A stretch of 64,000 bases of DNA from a virus: the IMG/VR virus record IMGVR_UViG_3300037882_002578, positions 1-64,000 of that record. One strand, given 5' to 3'. Under the pieces are notes generated by a model. That model searched no databases, was not told where the DNA came from, and saw only the letters and a list, made by a program, of their open reading frames with translations. The position numbers were made by a program, and so were the translations under genes. How positions within the stretch are numbered: position 1 is the stretch's first letter; each line of letters opens with the position of its first letter. Positions 49,422 through 59,855 of the stretch are shown in pieces.

Positions 49422-50582
49422 ATGAAAAAAAATAATTGTGAATGTGGAGGAGAGTTACAAGTTGACTGTACTTGTAAAACTAGACTTAGCACAGATTGTA
49501 TAACTTTAAAAGAAGATTTAGTTTGTAGTAATATATTAAAGGGTCAAACAGAAACAGAGGCGTTAAAACTTTTAGATGCTTATATTTGTGAAAGATTTGA
49601 GTCTCTAGAAAATTTTTTTGATTTAATAAACGTAGGTTCAGGTTCTCAAATTTATAAAGGGATTTCAAATATCGGCAAAAAACAATTAAGAACTCTTTTG
49701 AACAGTAACTTAATAAGTTTAATTCAAGGAGAAAACGATATAACCATATCTGTAAATGAAGTAAATTTAATACCATTTATAAAAGCTAATCAAAAAACTT
49801 ATTCCGCCTTAAATTCAGGGACAGGTTCTAATATTTATAAAGACTTAACGGTAGTAGGGGACAACACTCAACTAAATTTTAGAAAACTAAAATCTTCGAA
49901 TGCTTCTGTAAATATATTACAAGGTACAGATGATATAGACATTACAGTTCCAGCAGGAGTAATACCAGATGGGTCAGAAACTAAAATAAACGCTGGAACA
50001 AATGTAACAAAAACAGGGGTAGGTACAACGCCTGACCCTTATGTAATCTCTGCAATAAATACAACTTATTCATCAGGAACAGGTTTATCCTTAGTAGGAA
50101 CTACATTTAATAACATTTCTCCAGACCAAGTAGTTACTTTAACTCAAGGAGGTGCAGTTACTATAAATGGAACTTATCCCAACTTTACAATATCTTCTAC
50201 AGATACAAACACTACTTATTCTGCAGGTCAAGGTTTATCTTTAACAGGAACAATTTTCGCCATAGAAAATTTACAAAAAGTAATTACATACCCAACAGAT
50301 TTTACAGGTACAAACTATACCCTAACTAATGCAGATAATAATTTTGAAATTATAGTTGCAAATGGAGCAACAAATGTAACCATAACAGTACCTAGTGGAT
50401 TGGCATCCAAGATAGGAGTAGGGTTTACTCAAAAAGGTACAGGAGATGTCTCTTATGTAGCTTTAGGAACAACTATAAACAATCCTGTAGGTCTAAAAAT
50501 AAAAGGTCAATTTTACCAAACTTTTTTAAGTCAAGAGTTGAGTACAAATAATTACTTTTTAGGAGGAAACACAAAATCTTAA
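49422..50582 (+). CDS. tail fibre-like structural protein
   Basis: TTYS(S/A)G(T/Q)GLSLxGT repeats, FRKLKS. Confidence 0.65.
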   Translation: MKKNNCECGGELQVDCTCKTRLSTDCITLKEDLVCSNILKGQTETEALKLLDAYICERFESLENFFDLINVGSGSQIYKGISNIGKKQLRTLLNSNLISLIQGENDITISVNEVNLIPFIKANQKTYSALNSGTGSNIYKDLTVVGDNTQLNFRKLKSSNASVNILQGTDDIDITVPAGVIPDGSETKINAGTNVTKTGVGTTPDPYVISAINTTYSSGTGLSLVGTTFNNISPDQVVTLTQGGAVTINGTYPNFTISSTDTNTTYSAGQGLSLTGTIFAIENLQKVITYPTDFTGTNYTLTNADNNFEIIVANGATNVTITVPSGLASKIGVGFTQKGTGDVSYVALGTTINNPVGLKIKGQFYQTFLSQELSTNNYFLGGNTKS

Positions 50583-50584
50583 TT

Positions 50585-50959
50585 ATGAATATCTTTCAAA
50601 AAAATATCTATAGAACACAAAATTTACTAAATAATTTAACAATTACTTTTTTAGGGTCAACGGTAGAGCAATGCGGAGCAGGAGATGACACTAAAATAGT
50701 AAGAAGTACTGTTAATTTATCAGGGACAGTTAGTGTAGACACTATTTTTTCAATAGAAGTTGTATACAGTGTAAATGGAAGTTGTGTTACAAGCTTAGGG
50801 TCTGTTTTTACCCAAGTTACCGTTCTAGCAGGACAATCTACAGGAGATAGTGTAGGATGTTTCGCAGGAGCACCATCTTTTCCTTCAGAAAATACAGCTG
50901 TTATTTGTTCCACAACTATACTATCACACAATAATATAGTAGATAATATAATTATATAA
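50585..50959 (+). CDS. small beta-rich structural protein
   Basis: Calx/Ig-like composition; terminator follows. Confidence 0.55.
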   Translation: MNIFQKNIYRTQNLLNNLTITFLGSTVEQCGAGDDTKIVRSTVNLSGTVSVDTIFSIEVVYSVNGSCVTSLGSVFTQVTVLAGQSTGDSVGCFAGAPSFPSENTAVICSTTILSHNNIVDNIII

Positions 50960-51038
50960 AACAAAAGTTTATTGGTTTTCTTTTGTTTTAAAAGGAAGAG
51001 GTGTAGAAATATACCTCTTTTTTAATTAAACCATTTTG

Positions 51039-51077
51039 TAAGTAATTTTTAAAAATAAACATAATACACTATATTTG
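51039..51077 (+). promoter_or_regulatory. late promoter box
   Basis: TAAGTAATTTT-N20-TATATTTG. Confidence 0.7.
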
Positions 51078-51081
51078 CAGA

Positions 51082-51747
51082 ATGAATAATCGAGAATTTG
51101 TATCAAGAGTATTAAATGGATTAAAGTCTTTAAGTAAAGACTCTATGATTTCACGCCGTTTTATTTTAAAAGTCGGGCAAGAAAAAGCAAAGTTTTTTAT
51201 ATCTCAAAAAGCTGGAGAGAGTTCAATCTACCGAGAAGATAACTTACTGTCAAGCCTAAACTGTTTTGAATTAAAAAAAATAGATATTATTAATTGCCCT
51301 ATAATAGAATTTAGAACTTGTAAACAATTAATGAGGTCTAAGAAAAAACTTCCTGAATTAATTTACAGTAAGTACGGGTCAAGTGTAAAAGAAGTAACTT
51401 CATTAGACGGAGAGTTTTTAATAAAACCAATTACTTTAGCACAATACAGATTAAACAAGCAAAGAAAAGATGCTTCAAATAACTTATACTTTTATATAAA
51501 AGACAATTATTTATATATACCAGATACAGAAGTAGAAGTAGTAAATGTTTCTCTAATAACTTTAGATTTATTTGATTTAGATGAATTGTCAGCATGTAAT
51601 GATGGTAATTGTAAATCAGCTTGGGATTATGAGTTTATATGTAGTGATAAATTAATGGAGGCTGTTATTTCAGAAACTATAAAAGAAGTTGCTATTTCAA
51701 AGCAAGTTCAAGAAGACCAAAATCCAAATTTAAATGAAGGTAGCTAG
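51082..51747 (+). CDS. tail ring / tubular protein
   Basis: YFYIKDNYLYI motif, synteny. Confidence 0.6.
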   Translation: MNNREFVSRVLNGLKSLSKDSMISRRFILKVGQEKAKFFISQKAGESSIYREDNLLSSLNCFELKKIDIINCPIIEFRTCKQLMRSKKKLPELIYSKYGSSVKEVTSLDGEFLIKPITLAQYRLNKQRKDASNNLYFYIKDNYLYIPDTEVEVVNVSLITLDLFDLDELSACNDGNCKSAWDYEFICSDKLMEAVISETIKEVAISKQVQEDQNPNLNEGS

Positions 51748-52351
51748 ATACATTAAAGGCGAAAAAAGAGTCTTTAGACATTCTAAACACAATCCAAAAA
51801 ATCTTAATCATATAAAAAGAAAGCCAAAAGAAGCTGATAATAAAGAAGTAGAAAAGAGAGCTTTTGTAAATACTATTGATTTAAGAAGTAATAAAAAGTT
51901 ACTACAACATTTAGAAAAAACTTTAAACTTATCAGAAAAAGGACTTACAAAAAAAGAAATATTCAGTATAATATATCAAACTTTAAAAATAATTGGAGAA
52001 AGAACTGTTAGAAACGAAGCAGGAGTTTTTATTAAAGATTTTGGATATTTTTGCGTAGTGAGATACCCTCAAAGAAGAATAATGGAAGGTTTTGTACAAG
52101 GTAAAAAAAAGAAGTACATGAACTTTCAAACTAAAGGATACCCTCACAGTATAACTTTTATATCTATAAGAAAAGATAATTTATTGAAAGAGTGGGTAAT
52201 GGAAAGAGCTTTTCACAAATACCACACAACAAGAATAATGTCCGAACTTTTAAAAGAAGGAAAAAAATATAAAATGAATTTTTCACTACTTTATAATTTG
52301 TACGGAAACAGAATATACACAGTAGATGTAATTAAAAAAGAAAAAAATTGA
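51734..52351 (+). CDS. HU/IHF-like basic protein
   Basis: GVFIKDFGYF motif; an IHF-like gene lies before tail genes in crAss-like phages. Confidence 0.55.
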   Translation: MKVARYIKGEKRVFRHSKHNPKNLNHIKRKPKEADNKEVEKRAFVNTIDLRSNKKLLQHLEKTLNLSEKGLTKKEIFSIIYQTLKIIGERTVRNEAGVFIKDFGYFCVVRYPQRRIMEGFVQGKKKKYMNFQTKGYPHSITFISIRKDNLLKEWVMERAFHKYHTTRIMSELLKEGKKYKMNFSLLYNLYGNRIYTVDVIKKEKN

Positions 52352-53235
52352 CAACACGTAGCCAACTTATAGCGGAGGTTTTAACTAGCTTAAAAAAATA
52401 CAATGAGAGTGGATTAATAGATATGATATCTTTAAATCTATGGACAAAAAATGCCTTGTTAAAATTTGGAGGAAACATAATGCCTAAAGTAGATAAAGTA
52501 CTTGAAGTTAAGAATGGCATGGCAAAATTACCTGAAAATTTTTACTCGTTATTTTTAGCAGCTAAATGTACTCCAGATAAAAGTGAGGTATTATGTGGAG
52601 AACAAGAGGAAGATACTTTACAAAACATTTATCAATATAGAGTTAGAACCGAAGCAAAAAAAGAATGGGATAACCTAGTAGATGATTTTAAGACAGGAGA
52701 GTTTATAGAAATAACTGAAAAACTCTTTTTTCACGATGGAAGGACTCAAATAGAATTTAAATATAGAAACCCTCAACTTTTAAAGTTAACCAGAGGATTT
52801 AAAAAAGATAGGCTTTGTGGTAATAATCTAAACCTACAAAAAAATTTAACAAACTCTTGCCCTTACGAGATAAACATACTAGGAGATTATATACAAACTA
52901 ATTTTAATACAGGATTTATTTACATACAATACCAAGGGTTACCAACAGAAGAAGATACAGATGATTTAATCATTCCAGAAGTTACAGGTAATTACGTTTA
53001 TGAATATATTGAAGCAGAGTTAAAGAAAAGAATATTTCAAGATTTATGGAACAACGGAGACGACCTAGACGTTCAAAATAAGTTAGTATATTGGACACGA
53101 GAATCGGCGGATAAATTTTCAAATGCAATGACTGCTGCAAAATTTGAAGGAATGGGAGGAAAATGGTGGAAAGAGTTAGCCTTAAATCACAAAAAAAGAA
53201 ACAGAATATATCAGCAATTTGCTTTCGGTAAATAA
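52348..53235 (+). CDS. tail tubular (P22 gp4-like) ring protein
   Basis: TTG start, YIQTNFNTGFIYIQYQG, directly before muzzle. Confidence 0.65.
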   Translation: MTTRSQLIAEVLTSLKKYNESGLIDMISLNLWTKNALLKFGGNIMPKVDKVLEVKNGMAKLPENFYSLFLAAKCTPDKSEVLCGEQEEDTLQNIYQYRVRTEAKKEWDNLVDDFKTGEFIEITEKLFFHDGRTQIEFKYRNPQLLKLTRGFKKDRLCGNNLNLQKNLTNSCPYEINILGDYIQTNFNTGFIYIQYQGLPTEEDTDDLIIPEVTGNYVYEYIEAELKKRIFQDLWNNGDDLDVQNKLVYWTRESADKFSNAMTAAKFEGMGGKWWKELALNHKKRNRIYQQFAFGK

Positions 53236-56200
53236 TGGAAAAACCTATAAAAAGTTTAAATGTTCCTAAAAAAGGAATGTCTAGAAAAAATCCCTTAGAA
53301 TTAGAAAATACAGAGTACTCCTTTGCAATGAATGCCAATTTGGAAAATTCATCAGAGGATTTTTTCAGTCTATCTAACGAGCAAAGTAACTTACTAGCTA
53401 ACAAATATAAACCAGGTTTTAAATTTATAGGAGGGGCAGTAGATACTCTTTCAAATACAACCTATGTTTTTTTGACAAACCCTATAACAGGAGAAGGGGA
53501 GTTTGGAAAATTAGAGGGTTTTGAGAATAATATTCAAATAGAAGAACCTTTAGAAAATACAGTTCAACAACCTTTACAAACGTATACTGCTTTACTCAAC
53601 GACACTTGTAATAACGGATTTAATTTTAACATTAACTTCCCAATAAAAAAGTGCATCATAAAAAATGAAAAAGGTTTAAAAATAATATACTTTACAGACA
53701 ATAGAAATGAACCTCGTTATATTGAAATAAATAAGCTAACTCAATATATAAATAGTCAAACAATAAGTTGTGGAGAACCTGTAGGAAACGTAAAGTGTTT
53801 TGATACAGATAAGATGAGGATTTTTAAAAATCACAATATACCCGACCTAATTCCAGCTTCCTTAGACCAAGGAGGAAAGTTAACAGAAGGCACTTATCAG
53901 TTTTTAATAGCTTATTCAGATGAAGCAGGTAATGAGCTATCTCAATATTATTCATTAACACAACCCGTGTCAATATTTGATGAGAATAATGTAGTTCAAG
54001 AAGCATTTAGTGAAATATCAATCACAACAAATTTTGCTATAAAATTAAAAGTTGAAGGATTAGATACCCAATACACTCATTATAAAGTTGCGGTTATACA
54101 AAATACAAATAATTCACAAACTTATTTTATAGAAGGGTTGCACACTATCGATGATAACAGTGTAGTTTATACAAGTCAAGAAAATAAAAAAACAATTAGT
54201 TTAGCTGAATTATTAAAGATAAACGCAGAAGTAAAAAAAGCGGAGGGATTAGCAGTATCTAATAATGCTTTATTTTTATATGGGTTAGAATCAGAAAAAG
54301 AGTGGAACTTACAACCAGTAGTCAACTTTATAGGTCAGTCTGTTAAATGGCAAACTTCTATAGCTTCTGAAAACTTTTATGAAAACGGAATAAATAATAG
54401 TAAAAAAGGGTATAACAGAGATGAAGTGTACCCTTTAGCTATACAATTTCAAACAAATACAGGATATAAAACACCTATATACCCTCTAATAGGGAGACAA
54501 CCTACAGAAGAAGACTTAACAGAAGTGTTAAGTAATAACAAAGATAGACTCTCTATAGAAGCAAATAAGGTTAATTGTGCAACATCTGAAAGATTAAAAA
54601 GATGGCAGTTTTACAATGATGCAAAAGAAACAGATGTATGTTTAAGTGAAGATATACCTACTACTACAATAACAGAAACTATTGAGAAAACATCTATAGT
54701 TGAAAATGTGGTAACTATACCAGGAGCAACGTTTTCAGTTTTTGATACTCAAGAATATGAAAATCTTTCAGAACTTATAGAAGATAGTTTTGAAGACTGT
54801 TTTGACTACCCTTTTTGTGAATATTTAGACATTACAGACTATGAAAATCAAAATAATATCCCTGAATTTGAATCTGAATGTAATACACCAATTTTATTTT
54901 CAGAAAACCTGTCTTTAAAAAGTATATCAGGAGAATTAGCAACTAGAATACCAAGTGATTTTCCTATAGATTATGCTAAAATAATACCTTCTAATTATTG
55001 CCAAGTTTTTGAAACTAGTCAAGTAGACGGCTCTTTAGTTTTAGACGAAGAATTTCAAATTACATATATAAAAGAAACTTTACTGGATAAGTTTATATAT
55101 AAAAGACTCCCTGTTTTTTCAAACACTATTTGTAATACTCCAGAAGAAATACAAACTTTATCTATAAATACTTTTCCAGTTTCTAGTCAATATTTTATGT
55201 ATTATGGAGCAGATACTGTAGCTGAACTGCAAACTACTAAAGGAGCTACACCTCTTTCAGCAGAGTTTACAGACAAGATACATAAAGGAGCTTTATGGTA
55301 TAAAGGAAATTTTATAACAAGAGAAGAAATAATACTTGAAATAACAAAACAAAAACTCCCAGAAACTCCAGATGATAGTATTTCAAAAGGAAAGTTAGTA
55401 AGGGTATCTATATACAGTAACTGTAGTGCACCTCTACCTATATATAGTCAAATTATAAACTTAACAGATGGTTCTCAATACAAGTTAAGATTATCAGGGG
55501 GTATTCTATACTTAAAAGAAGGGTTTAATTCAGAGGTTAGTTTAGGAGTATTTAATGGCACAACTTTTTTAGTTTCTGTAGACTGCCCTATAAAACAAGT
55601 TATAGGTCAAGATGATGCAACTAGATATATAGTTGCTCCTACTAAAGGTTGTTTTTCTATAGTAATCAGAGATATAACTTACAGTAGAATTGATATTTCT
55701 TACACTTCAATAGTGCTAGATAAAAGACAAACTTATACTTCTGAATGTAGTTTTGAATTACCACAATTACAAAATTGTATAGTGTTACCTTATAAAAAAG
55801 GTGATTTTGCTTATATAGAAAGTATGGAAACATACCCTGACAATGCGGAGTTATACAATTCTAAAATATTAAACATAAGTCCTCAAGACTTTACAGATAC
55901 TGAGGAAAGATTAGAATTTGAGAGTATTTTTACAAATGGAGTTAACGAAGGAAGATATAATCTAACAGAACAGACAGATTATAGATGTGCTAACATTAGA
56001 CACTTTAAATTTCCAGACAATAAAACAGCTCCTTTTATGTGGGATAATTCTTTATCTGGATTTTCAGCTACTACTATATTTCCATTAGGGATAACTATAG
56101 ATGAAAAGACTATTAATACTTTTTTAAAAATTGCTGTAAAAAATAATTTAATAACTCAATCACAAAAAGATAGTATAGTAAGTTATGAAATATTTAGAGG

Positions 56201-58910
56201 AGATAGGACTGCAAATAGAAGTATAGAAGCTTCAGGTTATTTATTTGACATGAGAACTTATCAAGAAGACGGAAAAGATATCCTTTATTCAAATTACCCT
56301 TACAACGACTTAGGAGCAGACAAACTTAATTTAAATAATAATGATTCTATAATACCTCACAACAATCAAAGTAACTATAATTTCACATTTCACTCTCCAG
56401 AGACAGATTTTAAAAAATTAAACATACCTTCTGAGTTAAAAGTAGAAGGGTATATTTTTGGAAAATCAAGTGGAAATTTTGTAGATGTCAATGAGCACCC
56501 TAAATGGGTAATATTAGGTAGAAAAGCGAAATCTACAGCTACAACTTTAGCAATAATAGAAGCTGCATCTGAATTAGCAATAAGGTTAGCAGAATCAGCA
56601 GAAGTCTTTAGAGTAGGATTTGGATTAGCTAATAGTATAAATGTACCAGGAATAGTTTTGGCAAGTTTAACAGCTATAACAACAGCGATAAGGGCAGTAT
56701 CTCAAGTAGGAAGATACCGCTATGAGTGGTTAAAGACGTTTAGAGACTTAGGTAGTCCAAAAAACTTTGCTTACAAATATTCATCAGAGGGACACTATAA
56801 CTATATAAAAACACTTCAAGAGGAAGGAGATTTATTAAGAAGTATAAATGTAAGTAAAAGCTTAAAATCAGGAAACTACACAACAGTCAATGAGATAAGC
56901 GGAGAAAAGTTAGAAATAAACAACTTAGACCGAGAGTATAGTACGTTTATATCTTTAGGTAAGGACTTTCCAATAACATGGGAAGAAGAGTATAGAAGGT
57001 ATGATAACGGAATTTTAAATAGAAACTTATCTAGTTTAACTTATGCTAGTGAATCAAATTCTATGGAAGAGGGAAGGAGTAATAATATAATAAAAAATAT
57101 AGCTTCTCCTTATGTTAAATTAAAAAACTATAATCCTGCTCAATATGGAAGTATAAACAGCATATCTTGGATTAATACAGGTTATAGAGGAGATTTAAAA
57201 AATCCTTCTAGTAATTGTATAACTATTTTAGGAGGAGACACTTTCATAACAAGATATCATTTAAAAAGAAAAATACCTATATTTGTAACAGATGCTATGG
57301 GAATAGCCTCTTTAACACCATTTGATTATAGAAAATATACAAATATAGGAAGAAAAGCTAGATTTTTTTGTGATTATGAAATAACAGGAGATTTCAGCAG
57401 AGGAAACATTATATTTCCAGACTTTGATAGTAGTTATAACTTTGATAGTGTAAAAGGAAACAGAGACATGTATTTAAGACCCCCAAGCAAGTTTTACTTG
57501 TATTACTATGGGATACCTGGAATAATAACAGAAACAGAAATAAATACTAACTATAGAACAGCAAGAAAAGAACCTGAAAACGATTTTTATCCTAATGTAG
57601 GCGACCATGTAGATTGGACTCAAGAAAATAATGTATCAATAAAAAAACCAAATCAATTTTTCTATAACAAAGTTTTTTCACAGACTGCCACACAACTTTT
57701 TTATAAAACGTTACCAAATAATTATACAGAGACAGAAGCTTTAAGGCAATCTAAAACCCCTAACGGAGTTAGATATAGCTTACAAGACAATTCAGAAACA
57801 GGTAACTACGACCCTTGGTTAGTATTTAGAACTAATGATTTTTATGAGTTTCCAACTTCATTCGGTAAATTGAAAGAGTTGAAAGGGATAGAAAATGAGG
57901 TTATATTGGGTAGATTTGAAAATAATGTAGCTTACTTTAATACAACTGATATAGCTGTACAAGGGCTTTTTCAAAATGACAATATTTTTGGTAACGGAGG
58001 TATTTTTACTAGAAACAAACCAAGAACTTTTTCAGAAACAGAGTTAGGATTTGGAGGAACACAAAGTTCAGAAAGTATTTCTTGTGAATATGGACATTTT
58101 CACGTAGACGCAAAGAGAGGGCAGGTAATGCAAACAGTTGCTGGGAAAGCTCCTGTAGAAATATCAGGTTATGAATCAAATCTTAGAAATTGGTTTAAAG
58201 AACACTTACCCTTTAAAATATTAAAATCAAATATACCAGGAATAGATTTAGATAACCCTTACAATGGTATAGGAATAACTATGGGATGGGATAGCAGATT
58301 TAATAGAGTTTTCTTGACAAAAAAAGATTATATACCTATAAACGACTGCATAGAATATTCTCAAGAAGAAGGTTTTCTACTAAATCAATCTAAATGTGAG
58401 ATAGTCCCTCCAATTATAGATTGTCCCGAAGGTTACACTTATAATGAGGAAACTCAAATGTGTGAAAGAACAGTATTAAGTGGAAATTTATGCCCTAACG
58501 GTTATACTTATAACGAAGAAAACAGTACATGTGTTTTAGTGAGCACTAGTTTAGCAGATTGTGAGCCTAGAATAAGCATATCTTTTTTAACAGCCTCCGC
58601 TAGTTTTGGAGAGCAATTAATAAGTTTTCAAGGATTAACAGCTAGTGAAGCAAAATGCACATGGTTTGAAAACAGTTTTCAAAGACAATATATTCCTTGG
58701 TACGTAGAAGAATTTCCTTTGATTGTAGGGCAACAAATTTATTTAAACTCGGTAGGTTCAGGACTAGTTACAGCAACAACAATGACAATAGTTAAGAGTT
58801 TAAATAATGGAGAAGGAGTATCTTTTCCTTCTGAAAGTGACTACGCAGTAAATATAGTAAACGGAGTAATACAAAGTATAATTCAATTATCTCAACTACC
58901 AACTTGTTAA
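53235..58910 (+). CDS. tail stabilisation / muzzle protein, main part
   Basis: 1891 aa, YSFAMNANL, YFTDNRNEPR, GGDTFI, VDAKRG, GWDSRFNR motifs. Confidence 0.75.
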   Translation: MEKPIKSLNVPKKGMSRKNPLELENTEYSFAMNANLENSSEDFFSLSNEQSNLLANKYKPGFKFIGGAVDTLSNTTYVFLTNPITGEGEFGKLEGFENNIQIEEPLENTVQQPLQTYTALLNDTCNNGFNFNINFPIKKCIIKNEKGLKIIYFTDNRNEPRYIEINKLTQYINSQTISCGEPVGNVKCFDTDKMRIFKNHNIPDLIPASLDQGGKLTEGTYQFLIAYSDEAGNELSQYYSLTQPVSIFDENNVVQEAFSEISITTNFAIKLKVEGLDTQYTHYKVAVIQNTNNSQTYFIEGLHTIDDNSVVYTSQENKKTISLAELLKINAEVKKAEGLAVSNNALFLYGLESEKEWNLQPVVNFIGQSVKWQTSIASENFYENGINNSKKGYNRDEVYPLAIQFQTNTGYKTPIYPLIGRQPTEEDLTEVLSNNKDRLSIEANKVNCATSERLKRWQFYNDAKETDVCLSEDIPTTTITETIEKTSIVENVVTIPGATFSVFDTQEYENLSELIEDSFEDCFDYPFCEYLDITDYENQNNIPEFESECNTPILFSENLSLKSISGELATRIPSDFPIDYAKIIPSNYCQVFETSQVDGSLVLDEEFQITYIKETLLDKFIYKRLPVFSNTICNTPEEIQTLSINTFPVSSQYFMYYGADTVAELQTTKGATPLSAEFTDKIHKGALWYKGNFITREEIILEITKQKLPETPDDSISKGKLVRVSIYSNCSAPLPIYSQIINLTDGSQYKLRLSGGILYLKEGFNSEVSLGVFNGTTFLVSVDCPIKQVIGQDDATRYIVAPTKGCFSIVIRDITYSRIDISYTSIVLDKRQTYTSECSFELPQLQNCIVLPYKKGDFAYIESMETYPDNAELYNSKILNISPQDFTDTEERLEFESIFTNGVNEGRYNLTEQTDYRCANIRHFKFPDNKTAPFMWDNSLSGFSATTIFPLGITIDEKTINTFLKIAVKNNLITQSQKDSIVSYEIFRGDRTANRSIEASGYLFDMRTYQEDGKDILYSNYPYNDLGADKLNLNNNDSIIPHNNQSNYNFTFHSPETDFKKLNIPSELKVEGYIFGKSSGNFVDVNEHPKWVILGRKAKSTATTLAIIEAASELAIRLAESAEVFRVGFGLANSINVPGIVLASLTAITTAIRAVSQVGRYRYEWLKTFRDLGSPKNFAYKYSSEGHYNYIKTLQEEGDLLRSINVSKSLKSGNYTTVNEISGEKLEINNLDREYSTFISLGKDFPITWEEEYRRYDNGILNRNLSSLTYASESNSMEEGRSNNIIKNIASPYVKLKNYNPAQYGSINSISWINTGYRGDLKNPSSNCITILGGDTFITRYHLKRKIPIFVTDAMGIASLTPFDYRKYTNIGRKARFFCDYEITGDFSRGNIIFPDFDSSYNFDSVKGNRDMYLRPPSKFYLYYYGIPGIITETEINTNYRTARKEPENDFYPNVGDHVDWTQENNVSIKKPNQFFYNKVFSQTATQLFYKTLPNNYTETEALRQSKTPNGVRYSLQDNSETGNYDPWLVFRTNDFYEFPTSFGKLKELKGIENEVILGRFENNVAYFNTTDIAVQGLFQNDNIFGNGGIFTRNKPRTFSETELGFGGTQSSESISCEYGHFHVDAKRGQVMQTVAGKAPVEISGYESNLRNWFKEHLPFKILKSNIPGIDLDNPYNGIGITMGWDSRFNRVFLTKKDYIPINDCIEYSQEEGFLLNQSKCEIVPPIIDCPEGYTYNEETQMCERTVLSGNLCPNGYTYNEENSTCVLVSTSLADCEPRISISFLTASASFGEQLISFQGLTASEAKCTWFENSFQRQYIPWYVEEFPLIVGQQIYLNSVGSGLVTATTMTIVKSLNNGEGVSFPSESDYAVNIVNGVIQSIIQLSQLPTC

Positions 58911-58919
58911 AATAAAAAT

Positions 58920-59855
58920 ATGGCTTGTAACTGCCCAAATATAAATTGTACTCAAGAAACTATAAATGATATTGTTTACTGTAATTGTGAAACAATATTA
59001 CAAAACGTAGCTTGCCCAGAAGGTTGTAAAACTATAAGACAACCTAATGGAAATGCTATATGTGAATGTGTAGAAAGTGTTGAACCTACAGTAACTGACA
59101 TAAAAGTTCCTGTAGAGCTTACAAACCCAGAATATTTTAAAGATGTAAGTTTTACAATAGCTTACAGCCCTATTTTAGAAAAATGGATTAGTTATTATAG
59201 TTTTGCACCAAACTATTACTTAAATCATCAAAACTATTTCCAAACAGGAATTAACAATTCAAATGATTCAAGTGAATTAGGTTTGTGGAGTCATTTACTA
59301 ACAAATCAATCCTACCAAGTATTTTATGGTAAAAAGTATCCTTTCATAATAGATTATACAGTTAAAACGTCTTTGACATCAAAAGAGGTAAATTCTATAA
59401 ACTTTAATTTAAATACTAGAAGATACCATGACGAATATGATTGGTCAGAAATAGAAAACAAACCTATGTCAGCAGTGACAGTTTACAACAATTTAGCTAA
59501 CAGTGGAGAGTTAAGACTTGTAAATAATACGGGGCAAACAAACTTAATAAGTAAATATCCAAAAACAGCTTTAAATGGAAGCAGTCAAGAAATATTAGCA
59601 ACTTACAAAGAGGAACAGTGGTTTATAAACTATTTTTATAATAGAGTTGTAGATAATAATCAAAACAAACCTTTATGGCTTTGGGATGAAAATCAAATAA
59701 ATAAGACTATTAATACAGACGCAGTAAAGTTTAAAGGTAAGCCTGTCCTAGAGAAAATTAAAGGTATGTTTGCAAATGTAAGATTAACTCAAGATGTTGA
59801 AACACAATTCCAATATGTTTACAGATTTGGAGTAACAAATGAAAAACCAGAGTAA
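58920..59855 (+). CDS. muzzle C-terminal-like protein
   Basis: FTIAYSP..KWISYYSFAPNYY resembles the end of crAss-like muzzle proteins. Confidence 0.6.
   Translation: MACNCPNINCTQETINDIVYCNCETILQNVACPEGCKTIRQPNGNAICECVESVEPTVTDIKVPVELTNPEYFKDVSFTIAYSPILEKWISYYSFAPNYYLNHQNYFQTGINNSNDSSELGLWSHLLTNQSYQVFYGKKYPFIIDYTVKTSLTSKEVNSINFNLNTRRYHDEYDWSEIENKPMSAVTVYNNLANSGELRLVNNTGQTNLISKYPKTALNGSSQEILATYKEEQWFINYFYNRVVDNNQNKPLWLWDENQINKTINTDAVKFKGKPVLEKIKGMFANVRLTQDVETQFQYVYRFGVTNEKPE

Noticed and set aside
43255-50959. Diversity-generating retroelement acting on fibres or the LRR
   Set aside because: No reverse transcriptase and no template/variable repeat pair differing at adenines; LRR repeats are in-frame tandem units.
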